This document shows, in pieces, positions 1-10,685 of a stretch of DNA of 64,000 nucleotides; within the stretch, counting starts at the first letter, position 1; the number at the start of each line of letters is the position of its first letter. The stretch comes from an uncultured virus (IMG/VR IMGVR_UViG_2823577039_000003) (Duplodnaviria > Heunggongvirae > Uroviricota > Caudoviricetes), in IMG/VR virus record IMGVR_UViG_2823577039_000003. The stretch is one strand, 5' to 3'. The notes beneath the pieces are model-generated. The model saw only the letters and a list, made by a program, of their open reading frames with translations, made no database searches and was not told where the DNA came from. The position numbers and the translations under genes were made by a program.

Positions 1-32
1 ATTGAGGGCGACTACCTACTTATAACTATTCA

Positions 33-3000
33 TCAAACGAATCTTACTCGGCCAGCACCACTGGTATCAACAACACTTTCTACAAACCAGCCTTGACCAT
101 CAGTAAAGATAGTAACTGCCCCAAGTGCTGAAGCATCAATCTGAGCGAATGCACCGTTAAGAGGAACTGAAGGGAACTCTACAATTTGTTGTTGGCCACT
201 ACCATCCAAAAAAGCGATGGTCCATCTGGCTCCGGGTGGCAATCCTATTGCACCGGGATCTGGCATAGTTATATTATTGGCACCGCCGGGGTCACCATTG
301 ACGACCATGAGATAGTGAGTTTCACTACAATCTCCAGCACCTCCTAAAGTAGCGAAATCATAACTTCCTGCAGATAAATCAATAGCAGGCATTACCGTGG
401 CACTGGAACCTACAGCAGCACCGGGCCAAACGTGGTTGGCAGTAGTGGTTAAAGCGTAGCCTCCACCAGCGATAGTAGTATTCAGGTCAGCACCTGTTAC
501 TTTAGCACCAGCAGTAATGTTTTGGCCACAACCTAAAGTAGAGCCGTCAAAAGTTAATTGTGTGCTGGCACCGAAAGCACCACCATTATTAAATTGAATC
601 TCGGTGTTACCACCAGCAGGAGATCCTCCACCGCCACCAGCGGCTGCGATCGTAATAGCACCGGCAGCATTTGTAATAGTGATGTTAGAACCTGCGGTTA
701 AAGTAGCAGCATCAAATAACCCACTGGCTGTGTCACCAATAAGCAACTGACCATCGGTAGGGGCAGAACCATTGTAACTACTAATGGAGTTGCCGATGGC
801 AACATTTCCACCATTGGCACACAGAGTTAAGGTTTGACCCACTCTGGTTAAAGCAGCGTTGTTAGTAGTGCCGTTATCGGCTAACTCTATGGAAGCCGTG
901 GCATCAGTAGACAAAAACTTAGCGACGATGTTATCGGCAGTAGAAACGTGAAGGGATGCCGAAGGAGATGTTCCGATTCCCACATCCACATTGAAAGTAG
1001 CAGTATCCGCCGAAGCGTCTATCAGGAAGGCAGAGTTTTGATTATCGGTTTCCACTCGGAAATCCACATCAGCACGGCCACTATCATTCACCACGATTGC
1101 AGGGTTAGAATCACCCCTGATACTCATCATATCTGTCAAGTTTCCGCTATTGGTAGCAGTTCGCACACGGAAAAACATTCTTCCTGCTTCTGTAGTATCT
1201 GTGGGGTCTAAAATATCGGTGTAAATATCTGCATAAGAAACGGTTGCCGCCGCCGAGTTTTTACCTTGAAAGTGAATGTGACCTAAATCGTCACCTGCGA
1301 CTGGCGAGGCCGAATTGTGGAATAGTTTAAGATCGGGAGAGGCGGTAGCCCCATCATCGTCAATTTGAATAGTTAGCCCTGCCGTTCCAGTAGTTTGTTG
1401 AAGAATTGTGTAAGGAAGAACATTGACTCCGAAAGAAACAGTATCTGCCGAAGCATCCACCTTAAAAGCATCGTTGGTAGAAGTGGTATCAACCCTAAAG
1501 TCAGTGGAGGCATCATTAGCGATATTGACAAACACACCCGCTTCGGTAATTCGCAATTGACTACCAATTGAACCTGCGTTAAGCACTCGGAAATCTAATT
1601 GTCCACTTTCTATCCCTGCGCCGATAGCGTTGGCCTCTCCCGAAATACGAGCATATTCCGATTCCGCCCCACCATCGTCATTACCTTTGAAAACAATGAC
1701 TCCTAAATCGTCACCTGCGGCGGGGGTAGCCGAATCCCTTACNAAAACGATGTCGGGGGCTGATGCCGCCCCTGCATCGGTGGACTTAATCTCCAACATG
1801 GTGCTTGCGCTTGAATCTTCAAGAGTCAATCTTCGGGAACCGGGTGTGGAAACATAAGTTAATCCTGTATCTCCTGTTATTGTGCTGGCACCACTCCAAA
1901 AAGTGACTTGATTTGCGACACCCGTTCCAGTAGCAGGAGCAGTTCCGCTTGAGGCTGCNGTTAGCCTACCTTGTGCATCAACAGTAAGGGAAGCATTGGT
2001 GTATGAACCTGCTGTGACGGTGGTATTAGCCAAAGCAGGTGCAGCGTCAGAACGCATAAATGTAGTAGCCGAACCATTGACAGCAGAACCACTCACAGTA
2101 GCCGAAGGATTGGCTCCAGAAGGTTGAGAGATACCTACTGAGGTAGCACCCGTAATTCTACCTTGAGCATCTACGGTAAATTGTCCTACTTCGGTAGCAG
2201 AACCATAAGTGGCTGGTGTAACAGCAGTGTTATCCAGATTAACGGTGACAGTATCAGTAGCCCCTACAACAGTGCTAATACCTGTTCCACCCGCAATATC
2301 AACAGTTTGTCCATCTTCTACGGTTTGGTTAGAACCACTGTCCCCAGTTAGAGTCCAACTGGTCATACTACCGCCAGTGTTAGCAATAGTAATAGATCCG
2401 GCAGCATTAGTAATAGATATACCTCCACCAGCGGTCANGGTGGCGGCTACGGGAACAGCAGCAGTGCTACCAATAAGCAGTTGTCCATCGGCTAAAGGTA
2501 AGCCATCTTGGGTTGAAGCCCCTACGCCATCAAAATATGGAATGCTGTTGATAACTACAGGTGTAGGTGCTCTAACTACTGTGGTATCAGTAGAAACAGT
2601 AACAGTATCGGTTGCACCCACTACAGTATCTATTCCGGTGCCTCCNGCAATATCCATAGTATCACCATTACCAATAGTTTGATTAGAACCACTATCGGCA
2701 GTGAGAGTAAAGGTTTCCGAAGGAAAACTAATGGCTTGGTTAGCGGCTGCGGTCAGCCTTCCTTGTGCATCCACAGTAAAAGTAGCCACTTGAGTGGCAG
2801 AACCATAAGAGGCTGCAGTGACCGCAGTATCAGCCAAAGCAGGCGCAGCATCGCTACGCATGAAAGTGGTTGCCGATCCATTGACAACAGATCCACTAAC
2901 GGTAGCAGTTGGGTTGGCACCTGTGGATTGAGTAATACTACTGGCGATCGTAATAGCACCTGCGCCGTTAGTAATAGAAATACCAGAACCTGCAGTTAGA

Positions 3001-3758
3001 GTGGCGGAATCAAAAGTTGCTCCACCAGTGTTTCCGATCAATACTTGACCGTCAGCAGGGGCAGTATCATTGTAATCTCCTATCTTACCAATCATTCTGA
3101 TAGATTTATCNGCCTTGAGTTGCATGGCCAACTGCGAAGCATTTACTTCAAAGTTAATAGTTCCTGCAGCATTCTGGGTTTCAAGGATTAAATCATTTCC
3201 ATTACTGCCTATAATGGGTGCATTAGCAGTGCCAGTATCTTCAAATTGAATTACTGATGATGTGCCTCCTGTGTTCTTAAACAGGGCTATATTATTAGAA
3301 GCCGTAGAAGTTTGGAACTCAACTGCACGACTACCTGTTGGGTCAGCACCAGTCCCCACAGTTAAAAAGCCCGCATTGGCAGCACCAATTAACAAAGTGC
3401 CAGTTCCAGTAACATAAGTAAAATTAGCATCTCCTCCAATAGTATCCCCTGCGGTGCCAAAGGCTACTTGAGTATTAGCAATCGTTCCTCCAATAGTTGC
3501 AGTTGCTGTTGCGGCAGTGGCTTGAGTAGTTCCATCTGCGAAAGTAAGCACTCCACCTGCACCCGCAGTAAGAGTAAGATTAACACCCTGCACCAAACCT
3601 GTGCCGTGAATATCACCCGATACGGCTAAAGCATAACCGGGGTTTGTAGTCCCAATTCCCACCCGAGCACGAGTAGAATCAACAACTAAAGTGTTATTAA
3701 CATCATCAATGATGTAAACACTGTTGCCACTCACGGTGGTCTGAGTGATCTCCGTCAT
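33..3758 (-). CDS. Large Gly/Thr/Ala-rich fibre/spike (adhesin-like) protein with internal repeats
   Basis: Contains VGIGT motifs, 3x DGQxLIG..ATLTAGxxIxITNxAGxITIA, 2x GANPxATVSGSxVNGSATTFMRSDAAPALA, 3x TVDAQGR and 2x PxAGDDLGxIxFxG. Start moved to ATG 3758 (MTEITQ) because the TATA motif lies at 3778-3788. Confidence 0.75.
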   Translation of the reverse strand: MTEITQTTVSGNSVYIIDDVNNTLVVDSTRARVGIGTTNPGYALAVSGDIHGTGLVQGVNLTLTAGAGGVLTFADGTTQATAATATATIGGTIANTQVAFGTAGDTIGGDANFTYVTGTGTLLIGAANAGFLTVGTGADPTGSRAVEFQTSTASNNIALFKNTGGTSSVIQFEDTGTANAPIIGSNGNDLILETQNAAGTINFEVNASQLAMQLKXDKSIRMIGKIGDYNDTAPADGQVLIGNTGGATFDSATLTAGSGISITNGAGAITIASSITQSTGANPTATVSGSVVNGSATTFMRSDAAPALADTAVTAASYGSATQVATFTVDAQGRLTAAANQAISFPSETFTLTADSGSNQTIGNGDTMDIXGGTGIDTVVGATDTVTVSTDTTVVRAPTPVVINSIPYFDGVGASTQDGLPLADGQLLIGSTAAVPVAATXTAGGGISITNAAGSITIANTGGSMTSWTLTGDSGSNQTVEDGQTVDIAGGTGISTVVGATDTVTVNLDNTAVTPATYGSATEVGQFTVDAQGRITGATSVGISQPSGANPSATVSGSAVNGSATTFMRSDAAPALANTTVTAGSYTNASLTVDAQGRLXAASSGTAPATGTGVANQVTFWSGASTITGDTGLTYVSTPGSRRLTLEDSSASTMLEIKSTDAGAASAPDIVXVRDSATPAAGDDLGVIVFKGNDDGGAESEYARISGEANAIGAGIESGQLDFRVLNAGSIGSQLRITEAGVFVNIANDASTDFRVDTTSTNDAFKVDASADTVSFGVNVLPYTILQQTTGTAGLTIQIDDDGATASPDLKLFHNSASPVAGDDLGHIHFQGKNSAAATVSYADIYTDILDPTDTTEAGRMFFRVRTATNSGNLTDMMSIRGDSNPAIVVNDSGRADVDFRVETDNQNSAFLIDASADTATFNVDVGIGTSPSASLHVSTADNIVAKFLSTDATASIELADNGTTNNAALTRVGQTLTLCANGGNVAIGNSISSYNGSAPTDGQLLIGDTASGLFDAATLTAGSNITITNAAGAITIAAAGGGGGSPAGGNTEIQFNNGGAFGASTQLTFDGSTLGCGQNITAGAKVTGADLNTTIAGGGYALTTTANHVWPGAAVGSSATVMPAIDLSAGSYDFATLGGAGDCSETHYLMVVNGDPGGANNITMPDPGAIGLPPGARWTIAFLDGSGQQQIVEFPSVPLNGAFAQIDASALGAVTIFTDGQGWFVESVVDTSGAGRVRFV

Positions 3759-3796
3759 GGTAAATATATCTCCGCACAACTATTTATTAGTTGTCA

Positions 3797-5245
3797 TCAG
3801 TCTTCACAGAAACTGGTGTTAATCACAGCATTTCCGCTACCTGCTGGAGCAGTCAAAGTAAATCTAAGAACGTTGGCACCGCCTGTGCTGACAGAAACAT
3901 TGAGAGCGTCGTTGCCGGGGACGACAACAAAGATAAACTCTGGAAGCAACGGTGCACCTGTAGAACGAGTAACTACGCCTGAAACTTGAAGATATCCAGT
4001 GTTGGCAGTAACGGTGTCTTCCAACATAATTTGAGCGAAATAACCAGCGTTAGCACGAGTTCCAGTAGGAATAGCCACATCAAAGTTTTTGGTCACACCG
4101 GCTGTATAAGTATCTGTAGTAACGGAACCTGAACCGCCTGTAGCGGCAATTGTGATGGCTCCCGAGCCATTGGTAACGCTAATACCTGTTCCAGCAGTAA
4201 TAGTAGCCTTGGCTAAAGTATTACCTGTGGAATTACCAATCAATAGTTGTCCATCCGTATAGGTAGTTTGTCCAGTGCCTCCATAGGCTGTGCCGACGGC
4301 AGTTCCTTCCCAAACACCTGTNGCAATAGTTCCCACACTGGTAAGTGAAGAATTGACTACTCCTGAGCCTAATGTCGTAGCCGACAGAACTTCGGTAGCA
4401 TTGACACTGTATGACTTTCCAGTAGCCACATCCAGACCAGATGAAGATGATAATGCACCACCATCAGAGAGAGTTAAGAAAGTAACAGTGTTAGCACCGT
4501 TGTTAGATAATATATTTAATCCAGACGAAGCGTTAGATCCAACTCCAACACCTGCAGCATCAGAGTTGAGGTCAATAACTTTATCTTCCACACGCAAGTT
4601 AGTAGAGTCAATAAATGTAGTAGTTCCTTCTACAGTTAAACTTCCCGGGAAAACAGTAGTGGTAGTAGCCCCACCGACAGTGAGGGTATTGGCTCCCAGT
4701 GAACCGAAAATAGTGGCGTTTCCAGCCGCCGCATCAATAGCAGTAGCGTTGTTACCAACTACTAAATTATTAACAGTAACTCCACCAGCCTTATCAGTAG
4801 TAAAGGCTGCATCAGCACCGAAAGCACCACCATTATTGTATTGCACCTCTCCGTCTGCACCAGCAGGAGTGCCTGCAGCACCGGCTAAGAAGTTAGCACG
4901 AGTTTGTTGTTTGAGAGCGTTATCAGTAGCATCCAGAAGCAGAATAATATCAGCATCATCGGCAGTAGCCGTGGCTGTTTTACCAGAAATAAGGGCGGGC
5001 TGAGCCGTGGTAGCACCAGAGTTATCTATATTTATATCTCCAGAAACGGAAACCGCAGTGGCTGTGCCTGCATTAGACACCACAATTTGGGCATCAGTCA
5101 TGGTAACTNGAGTTAATTGTTTTGCAGCATCTACGGCAACAATACCTAATCCAGTAGTAAAATCATCTATCTGCACTGCACCATCTAAAATAATGGTAGT
5201 ATCCTCGATCTCATAAGAGGTCGTGGTCTGGATAATCTTGGCCAT
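3797..5245 (-). CDS. Fibre/spike-like structural protein
   Basis: Shares PAGxxxEVQYNNGGAFGA and DGQLLIG..ATITAGTGISVTNGSGAITIAA with the 33..3758 protein. Also has the fibre-type segments LTVEGTTTFIDSTNLRVEDKVIDLN and TAYGGTG. Start MAKIIQ at 5245 follows promoter spacing. Confidence 0.7.
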   Translation of the reverse strand: MAKIIQTTTSYEIEDTTIILDGAVQIDDFTTGLGIVAVDAAKQLTXVTMTDAQIVVSNAGTATAVSVSGDINIDNSGATTAQPALISGKTATATADDADIILLLDATDNALKQQTRANFLAGAAGTPAGADGEVQYNNGGAFGADAAFTTDKAGGVTVNNLVVGNNATAIDAAAGNATIFGSLGANTLTVGGATTTTVFPGSLTVEGTTTFIDSTNLRVEDKVIDLNSDAAGVGVGSNASSGLNILSNNGANTVTFLTLSDGGALSSSSGLDVATGKSYSVNATEVLSATTLGSGVVNSSLTSVGTIXTGVWEGTAVGTAYGGTGQTTYTDGQLLIGNSTGNTLAKATITAGTGISVTNGSGAITIAATGGSGSVTTDTYTAGVTKNFDVAIPTGTRANAGYFAQIMLEDTVTANTGYLQVSGVVTRSTGAPLLPEFIFVVVPGNDALNVSVSTGGANVLRFTLTAPAGSGNAVINTSFCED

Positions 5246-5264
5246 AATTATATTTTCACTTGCC

Positions 5265-5275
5265 AACTATTTATA
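5265..5275 (-). promoter_or_regulatory. Archaeal-type TATA promoter TATAAATAGTT (leaderless class)
   Basis: 19 nt spacer to ATG 5245; the same spacing occurs at 29 genes. Confidence 0.8.
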
Positions 5276-5282
5276 TTTGTGC

Positions 5283-6149
5283 TCAATCAATAACCTGAGC
5301 CGTAGTTACCCAACCGACCCAATCAATAGTCTGTCCGGCTGCGCCAGTAACAGCAATCACTAAATTAACNCCGGAAACCGTAGCGGAAACATTGTAAGTG
5401 CCAGCCGAAGAATCATGCACAATAAACTCAAACACCGCACCTAAGATAGAAGCGNTTCCAGCGGCACGAGTNACGGCTCCTTTTAACTGCACCGTAATAG
5501 AATCCGAAGTGGTATCTACTTTACCCACGACATGAGCATCAAAAAACCAAGTGGAATTGGTTTGCAGTCCCATGGTTCCACCGCCGGGGGTGAGGGTCAT
5601 AGGGGTAATCGTGGCATCAGTGGTNGTAACCCCAAGAAGATAGGAAGCATGACGATTTTCATCATTTAAGNCTGCGGGTTGAACAATGGTTCCACCTTCG
5701 GGTATAATTTGTAGTTCTCCGGCGACATCGGAATACAGATCGGTGTAATAAGTGCCATCATAATCTAAGCGTAGTTGCGTAGTTAATTCTTCTACATGTA
5801 ATTTCCGAGCAGGGGTTTGCGTTCCTATGCCAACTCTAAGATTGGCAGCATCATAGAAAAATTGAGCCGTAGCACCTGCGAAACCACCCGCACCATTGTT
5901 GTATTGCACGGCACCAGAAGCACCACCGGGAGCACCTCCGCCACCACCGCCACCTCCGGTGACAATGGAGACTACGCCTCCTCCTTCATCAGTTAAGGTG
6001 CCATTAGTAACTTTAATAGTAGTTACGGGAGTAACTGTAGGATTGCCGTCCTGTTCTTCTACAGTAAGATTAGAACTGCCTCCACCTCCTGAAGTAGAGG
6101 TGATAGCGGTAACGCCAGTAAACTTAATCTTACGATTAGCGTGTGCCAT
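5283..6149 (-). CDS. Short fibre/spike-like protein
   Basis: Has a poly-Gly hinge, VQYNNGAGGFAG and RVGIGTQTPARKLHV. Its N-terminal module is nearly identical to that of 6185..6757. Confidence 0.65.
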   Translation of the reverse strand: MAHANRKIKFTGVTAITSTSGGGGSSNLTVEEQDGNPTVTPVTTIKVTNGTLTDEGGGVVSIVTGGGGGGGGAPGGASGAVQYNNGAGGFAGATAQFFYDAANLRVGIGTQTPARKLHVEELTTQLRLDYDGTYYTDLYSDVAGELQIIPEGGTIVQPAXLNDENRHASYLLGVXTTDATITPMTLTPGGGTMGLQTNSTWFFDAHVVGKVDTTSDSITVQLKGAXTRAAGXASILGAVFEFIVHDSSAGTYNVSATVSXVNLVIAVTGAAGQTIDWVGWVTTAQVID

Positions 6150-6184
6150 AATAAATATAATGATGCCTTGTTATTTATAGGTTA

Positions 6185-6757
6185 TCAACCTATGATGGTG
6201 TAATTAACGATGACATCTGCTGCATCAGGTGTAGGGTTAACAATATCCGCTTTCACAGTAAAAGAAGTAGAGGCACTCCGAGCCGAAATAAAACCAGATC
6301 CTCCGGGTAACTCAAGCGGTGCAGCCGTCTCAAGACTGTAAAGAANTACATTAGTNGCAGTAACGTTGGAATTAGTAACTACGATGGAAGAAATGCTTCC
6401 TCCGCCTCCGGCTACTGTTTCGGTTTGTCTGCCAGAAATAATTTCTAAGTTTTCTCTCGCTCCTGACGCTGTGGTAGCACCTGTTCCACCGTTAGCCAAA
6501 GCCAAAGTTCCGGCTACTGTAACTACTCCTGAAGTCGCCGTAGCAGGAGTCAAACCAGTAGTTCCGAAGCCAATAGTTGTAACTCCGCCGCCACCGCCTC
6601 CGCCAGTGGTGATCGTAACGACTCCGCCCCCGTTGTCAGTAAGTGTGCCGTTAGAAACTTGGATAGTTTTAACTTGAGCGACAGTAGGATTGCCATCTAA
6701 CTCTTTAACAGTGAGTCCACCTTGGGTGACTCCAGTAAATGAAATTGGATTTCCCAC
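6185..6757 (-). CDS. Short fibre/spike-like protein
   Basis: GTG start preceded by SD GAGGTGAT. Contains the fibre motif LALANGGTGATTASGARENL and shares LTVxExDGNPTV..NGTLTDxGGGVVxIxTGGGGGGG with 5283..6149. Confidence 0.65.
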   Translation of the reverse strand: MGNPISFTGVTQGGLTVKELDGNPTVAQVKTIQVSNGTLTDNGGGVVTITTGGGGGGGVTTIGFGTTGLTPATATSGVVTVAGTLALANGGTGATTASGARENLEIISGRQTETVAGGGGSISSIVVTNSNVTXTNVXLYSLETAAPLELPGGSGFISARSASTSFTVKADIVNPTPDAADVIVNYTIIG

Positions 6758-6766
6758 TTAATCACC

Positions 6767-7711
6767 TCAAGATTGTAGTTTCGCACGAGATGTATCATCA
6801 TAGCCGTCTTGGGTTTCAGTCCAACCAGCAAAACAAGCATCCATATTACCAGTAGTAATGGCTCCACCTGTGCGGTTAATGACACGGAACACAATTTGCT
6901 TTTCTACGCTGATAGGCACGTCAAAGTCCCACATATCACGCTTAGGTGAAGTAGGTGCCCATTGGAAATCTTGCCATTGTAAGAATAAAGCACCATCTAC
7001 CCAGAGTTCATAATACATACCTGTGGTGGGTGTAGTCAAACCAGAAGGTTCGGAATGTCCAAACGAAGATACTACATACAGTTCTCCTGTGCTTCCTGTG
7101 GAAATAGTTCCGCCTACGGAGGCTTGAGTAGATCCTGAACCGATTGGGAATCGGGCAGTGGAAGCACCGTTAACACCAGCGGTGCCAGTATAAGTTTGAG
7201 GTGGTATTTGTGGTGCGGCAGCAGATGTATAATCAGAACGACCTACTACTTCGTCTAAAACACCATCAGCATTNGAATCTCGCCAAGTATTGTCACCTAA
7301 AACATCGGCTACGTTAATAACTACCATATCTACATAAGCGTTGTCATCTAATTGGTTAGCATTCTGCAAAACACCTGCAGCGTTGTAAGTATCTAAAGTA
7401 GTGAAATCAATGCGCTGACGTTGAATTAAGTTGGCAGAATTGCCTTTACTAACCATGTGCCAAGGATAATTACTGTAATCAATGGGAATACCTTCAAGTC
7501 CGGCTTGTGGGGTGGCTCTAACGGGGCGGCGAAAGGTTTGAGGGTCAACTCCCGGCCTCACCACCTGTGTAGCCGCTGTAGAGACAGTAGAATAGGATGA
7601 AATCGGGGGTGGGTTTGACTGAACAGCATTTCCCTTTTGTGAATACCCGCTTTGGAATGCCTTCTTACGATAAGGACGTTTAATATCCCTAATCTTTTCA
7701 CCAGTGGTCAT
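6767..7711 (-). CDS. Putative virion structural protein (basic N-terminus, beta-rich C-terminus)
   Basis: Long ORF with a TATA motif at 7731-7741 giving start MTTGEK. The C-terminal FDVPISVEKQIVFRVIN pattern resembles the neighbouring beta-sandwich proteins. Confidence 0.45.
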   Translation of the reverse strand: MTTGEKIRDIKRPYRKKAFQSGYSQKGNAVQSNPPPISSYSTVSTAATQVVRPGVDPQTFRRPVRATPQAGLEGIPIDYSNYPWHMVSKGNSANLIQRQRIDFTTLDTYNAAGVLQNANQLDDNAYVDMVVINVADVLGDNTWRDXNADGVLDEVVGRSDYTSAAAPQIPPQTYTGTAGVNGASTARFPIGSGSTQASVGGTISTGSTGELYVVSSFGHSEPSGLTTPTTGMYYELWVDGALFLQWQDFQWAPTSPKRDMWDFDVPISVEKQIVFRVINRTGGAITTGNMDACFAGWTETQDGYDDTSRAKLQS

Positions 7712-7730
7712 GATATATATGCCTCCCTTC

Positions 7731-7741
7731 AACTATTTATA
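7731..7741 (-). promoter_or_regulatory. TATA promoter TATAAATAGTT
   Basis: 19 nt spacer to ATG 7711. Confidence 0.8.
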
Positions 7742-7746
7742 CTTAC

Positions 7747-9708
7747 TCATCTATTTCGTGCCTGCATTCCACGCTTACGATGATAGGCTTTATCCAAGAT
7801 TTCTTGGCGTTTTTTCCACTCTTTCATTAAAATTAAATATTTTTCATAGGTGTCGGGTTGTAATCCCTCCATGTTCAAAATCATCTGCTTATACCAATCT
7901 ACGCTATCGGGATGAATATCTATACCTAATTTAAGCAACTTATGGCAAATAAGTGCCTCGGCACCTTCAAATAACCAATAGTCAAAGAAAACTTGTGCAA
8001 AATCCCATCCGTAGGCAGGACGGGTGCTAACATTAAACGGCGACCCTCCAAAATTAACATTTCCCACACGGGTCAAATAATTAGCCAAGGCAGGCATATC
8101 GGTATTAACAGTATATTCTACATCGTAGGTCTGCCCGGGTAAAACATAAACATTGGGTCTTAAATGATATTGTGGAACCTTAATTCCGGGCTGTTTTGGG
8201 AATGGTGCAGCATCACCTGAGATCCCTAAACTGGGAGTCATATCAGGATTCTGATAATAACGAGAATCATTAACTACCAGATTAACGAAGCCGTTAGGCT
8301 TGTAATCACTCACAAAATTAATTTCATTATTATTAGGATACTCAATTTGATAAATAGGTCCTTCGTTGAACAAAGGATTTAAATTATTATCATAACGATT
8401 AGGTGGAGTGATGGGGCCATGAGGTCCTGTTCCTGAATAAGTGGTAGCGTAAGTAGTAGTAATAGCACCTCCTCCTGCTTTACCAAACTCGGCATAATAT
8501 CTGATTCTTAACTGAGGTGGGGCTTGTTCGGGACTATAACGCACCATGGTTAAAATCTGCTGAATCTTCAAATATCCTGAATCTGGGCCGATATAACCTT
8601 GAGTTTCTACTGAACCAACATCTCCGGTCCGAGGGTCTCCCGGAATTACATAATCCCAACCAATATTGGGCTGTGGTGGGGGTTTTATCTGTGCTGGAGA
8701 CCATGGAAATAATCCTACTACACCTCCTTCGTAATTTAAAGTGCCTAACCAACCTTGTTCATCCTGCCGAGGATCGGGGGTTCCGGGTATAGTTTGAGCA
8801 AAATCTTGTAAATTGTCTATAGAATTAGCAGGATAAATCAAACTATTAACTAAAATACCTCGTAGGCCATTACCGGGATTGGCCGCTAAACGGGGGTCGT
8901 CCTCAGAAAAGAAACATCCTCGCTTAGTAAGTGCTAATATTTCTTCTTTAGTTATAGGATTGGTGTTACCACCAGCAATCGTAACCAGTGGATAACCAAA
9001 AGCAACCTCTATGGGAATCCATTGTTCTTCAGGGATGTTGGCAGGGCCTTGTAGGTCGCCCGTGGGACCCAGAGCATTAACCTCAGTCTCACAAAAATCA
9101 ATACTTACAATACGAGCAAGATTAGGCAGGGCACCTGCAATACGCATATCAAAAACCATGGTATAAAATGCAAAAGTGGGTGTAATCTTAGGGTCGGGTA
9201 AAATACCGGGGGTGGAGCCAAAATTATTGAAAACTAAAAACTGGTCGGCTTTAACCATAGGTGGTTGCGATATTTGTTTTTTGTCCCAATTATCAAAAGG
9301 GATATTACTACCTTGTTCGTATAATGCTCCATACTGTTTACCAGTTCCCGGACCGGCAGAGGGTAATTTAGCAGGGTCAAAAGAATCTGCGCTTTCATTA
9401 CCTAAACCATCAGGAAGATAGGAAAATAATCCACGAGGACGTTTACCTGCCGAGCCGTATTGAGAAGTAAATAAAGAAAACGGTATTCCGGCTTCAGGCC
9501 AAGCGTTGGAATCCCACCCAGTTAAAACTCCAGATCTTTGACGGATGATATAATCTGCTGGACCGGGCCGAGCCAGTGGACTGGCAGGAGAATCGTTCTC
9601 AGCACTGTAAGCCTCGGGACCACGAAGAAAAATACCATCATAATAAAAAGGTAGTTGAAACATGGCGGTATCGGGACCCATACGCCAAAAATAAGTTAGA
9701 TGTCTCAT
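7747..9708 (-). CDS. Large member of putative capsid-protein family A (C-terminal domain homologous to 24097..24729)
   Basis: PNVYVLPGQTYDV and FFDYWLFEGAEALICHKLLKLGIDIHPDSVDWYKQ align with PDVYVLPGQVWDV and FVKYTLYDGPDALIANKLLEMGISINPGNVDWYKR. ATGA overlap with the upstream gene. Confidence 0.6.
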   Translation of the reverse strand: MRHLTYFWRMGPDTAMFQLPFYYDGIFLRGPEAYSAENDSPASPLARPGPADYIIRQRSGVLTGWDSNAWPEAGIPFSLFTSQYGSAGKRPRGLFSYLPDGLGNESADSFDPAKLPSAGPGTGKQYGALYEQGSNIPFDNWDKKQISQPPMVKADQFLVFNNFGSTPGILPDPKITPTFAFYTMVFDMRIAGALPNLARIVSIDFCETEVNALGPTGDLQGPANIPEEQWIPIEVAFGYPLVTIAGGNTNPITKEEILALTKRGCFFSEDDPRLAANPGNGLRGILVNSLIYPANSIDNLQDFAQTIPGTPDPRQDEQGWLGTLNYEGGVVGLFPWSPAQIKPPPQPNIGWDYVIPGDPRTGDVGSVETQGYIGPDSGYLKIQQILTMVRYSPEQAPPQLRIRYYAEFGKAGGGAITTTYATTYSGTGPHGPITPPNRYDNNLNPLFNEGPIYQIEYPNNNEINFVSDYKPNGFVNLVVNDSRYYQNPDMTPSLGISGDAAPFPKQPGIKVPQYHLRPNVYVLPGQTYDVEYTVNTDMPALANYLTRVGNVNFGGSPFNVSTRPAYGWDFAQVFFDYWLFEGAEALICHKLLKLGIDIHPDSVDWYKQMILNMEGLQPDTYEKYLILMKEWKKRQEILDKAYHRKRGMQARNR

Positions 9709-10661
9709 GGTAAGGCCGACCTCCGAGTAGTCATTCCAGTTTCCCGAATCAATTCTTCATCTAAATCTCCTTCGTGAATATCTGCCCGAAGTTGCCATCG
9801 GGTAATATTTTGTTTGAATTGCTGTAAGCCTTTTTCAGTCACTGGAAGTCCAATGTCTATCATTTTCTTAGCGACTAAGAAATCCGCACCATCAACTAAT
9901 AAATATTTTACGAACCCACGAGCAATATCTCGGTCTTGAAGATCTCGTTTGTTATTTGCTACCGTGCTGGCAACATTCCATAAACTGGGGTCGGCACCTT
10001 CGGCCTTTCCTTCCCAAGTAGGTAGGGTATTGCGAGCCACATCACCTTCGGTAGTAAGATCCGAAAAGTTTTTGGCTTGTTGACCTGTGCCATAAAGTAA
10101 AGTTGAACCTTGAACTATTTCCGCAAAAGTAATGAAAACACCCCATGTAGAACCCGGCATAACATAAATAGGCGGGTCTATACCCTTTTTAAATGATTCC
10201 ACAGTAAATATATTAGCATAATTCGGTTCTGGAAACGGAACGGTGTAGCCGCTTAATCCATTGATAGCAGAAAAGTCAGGAGCATCATAATAATAATTTT
10301 CATCTATAAATATATTTAAATTAGCATCTGGTGGCCAGCAGGCTAAAGAATCAATAATAACCATCTGGTTGGCTAAAACATGGGCAGAAGTTTTAGTGTT
10401 ATTACCATAACCACCTGTAAACAATCCAATAGGTAAATTACCCTGAATTAAAGGCGAAGCGATGTTGTTATTCAAATTGTTGGCATAATCAGCAGAGGGA
10501 GGTGTAGAAGCAGATGTGGGATTAGACTCTGGGGCGACATAAGGATTACAATCTAAAACAGGATGTCCAATAACATAAGGATCACGATTATAGCGTGATT
10601 GATTATCAGAATAAGTGGGAATAACATTCCGCCACTCATACGCTTGTCGCCTGACAGCCAT
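9705..10661 (-). CDS. Member of putative capsid-protein family A
   Basis: Starts MAVRRQAYEW (compare MSMRSQVYEW) and contains PIYVMPGSTWGV and FVKYLLVDGADFLVAKKMIDIGL. TATA motif at 10680-10690. Confidence 0.6.
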   Translation of the reverse strand: MAVRRQAYEWRNVIPTYSDNQSRYNRDPYVIGHPVLDCNPYVAPESNPTSASTPPSADYANNLNNNIASPLIQGNLPIGLFTGGYGNNTKTSAHVLANQMVIIDSLACWPPDANLNIFIDENYYYDAPDFSAINGLSGYTVPFPEPNYANIFTVESFKKGIDPPIYVMPGSTWGVFITFAEIVQGSTLLYGTGQQAKNFSDLTTEGDVARNTLPTWEGKAEGADPSLWNVASTVANNKRDLQDRDIARGFVKYLLVDGADFLVAKKMIDIGLPVTEKGLQQFKQNITRWQLRADIHEGDLDEELIRETGMTTRRSALP

Positions 10662-10685
10662 AAACTTAATAGTCTGCACAACTAT

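Noticed and set aside
33..6757. Calling the element a tailed phage because of tail-fibre-like motifs
   Set aside because: Such fibre modules are promiscuous, and no head-tail hallmark gene was recognised in this window. They could still lie outside it.
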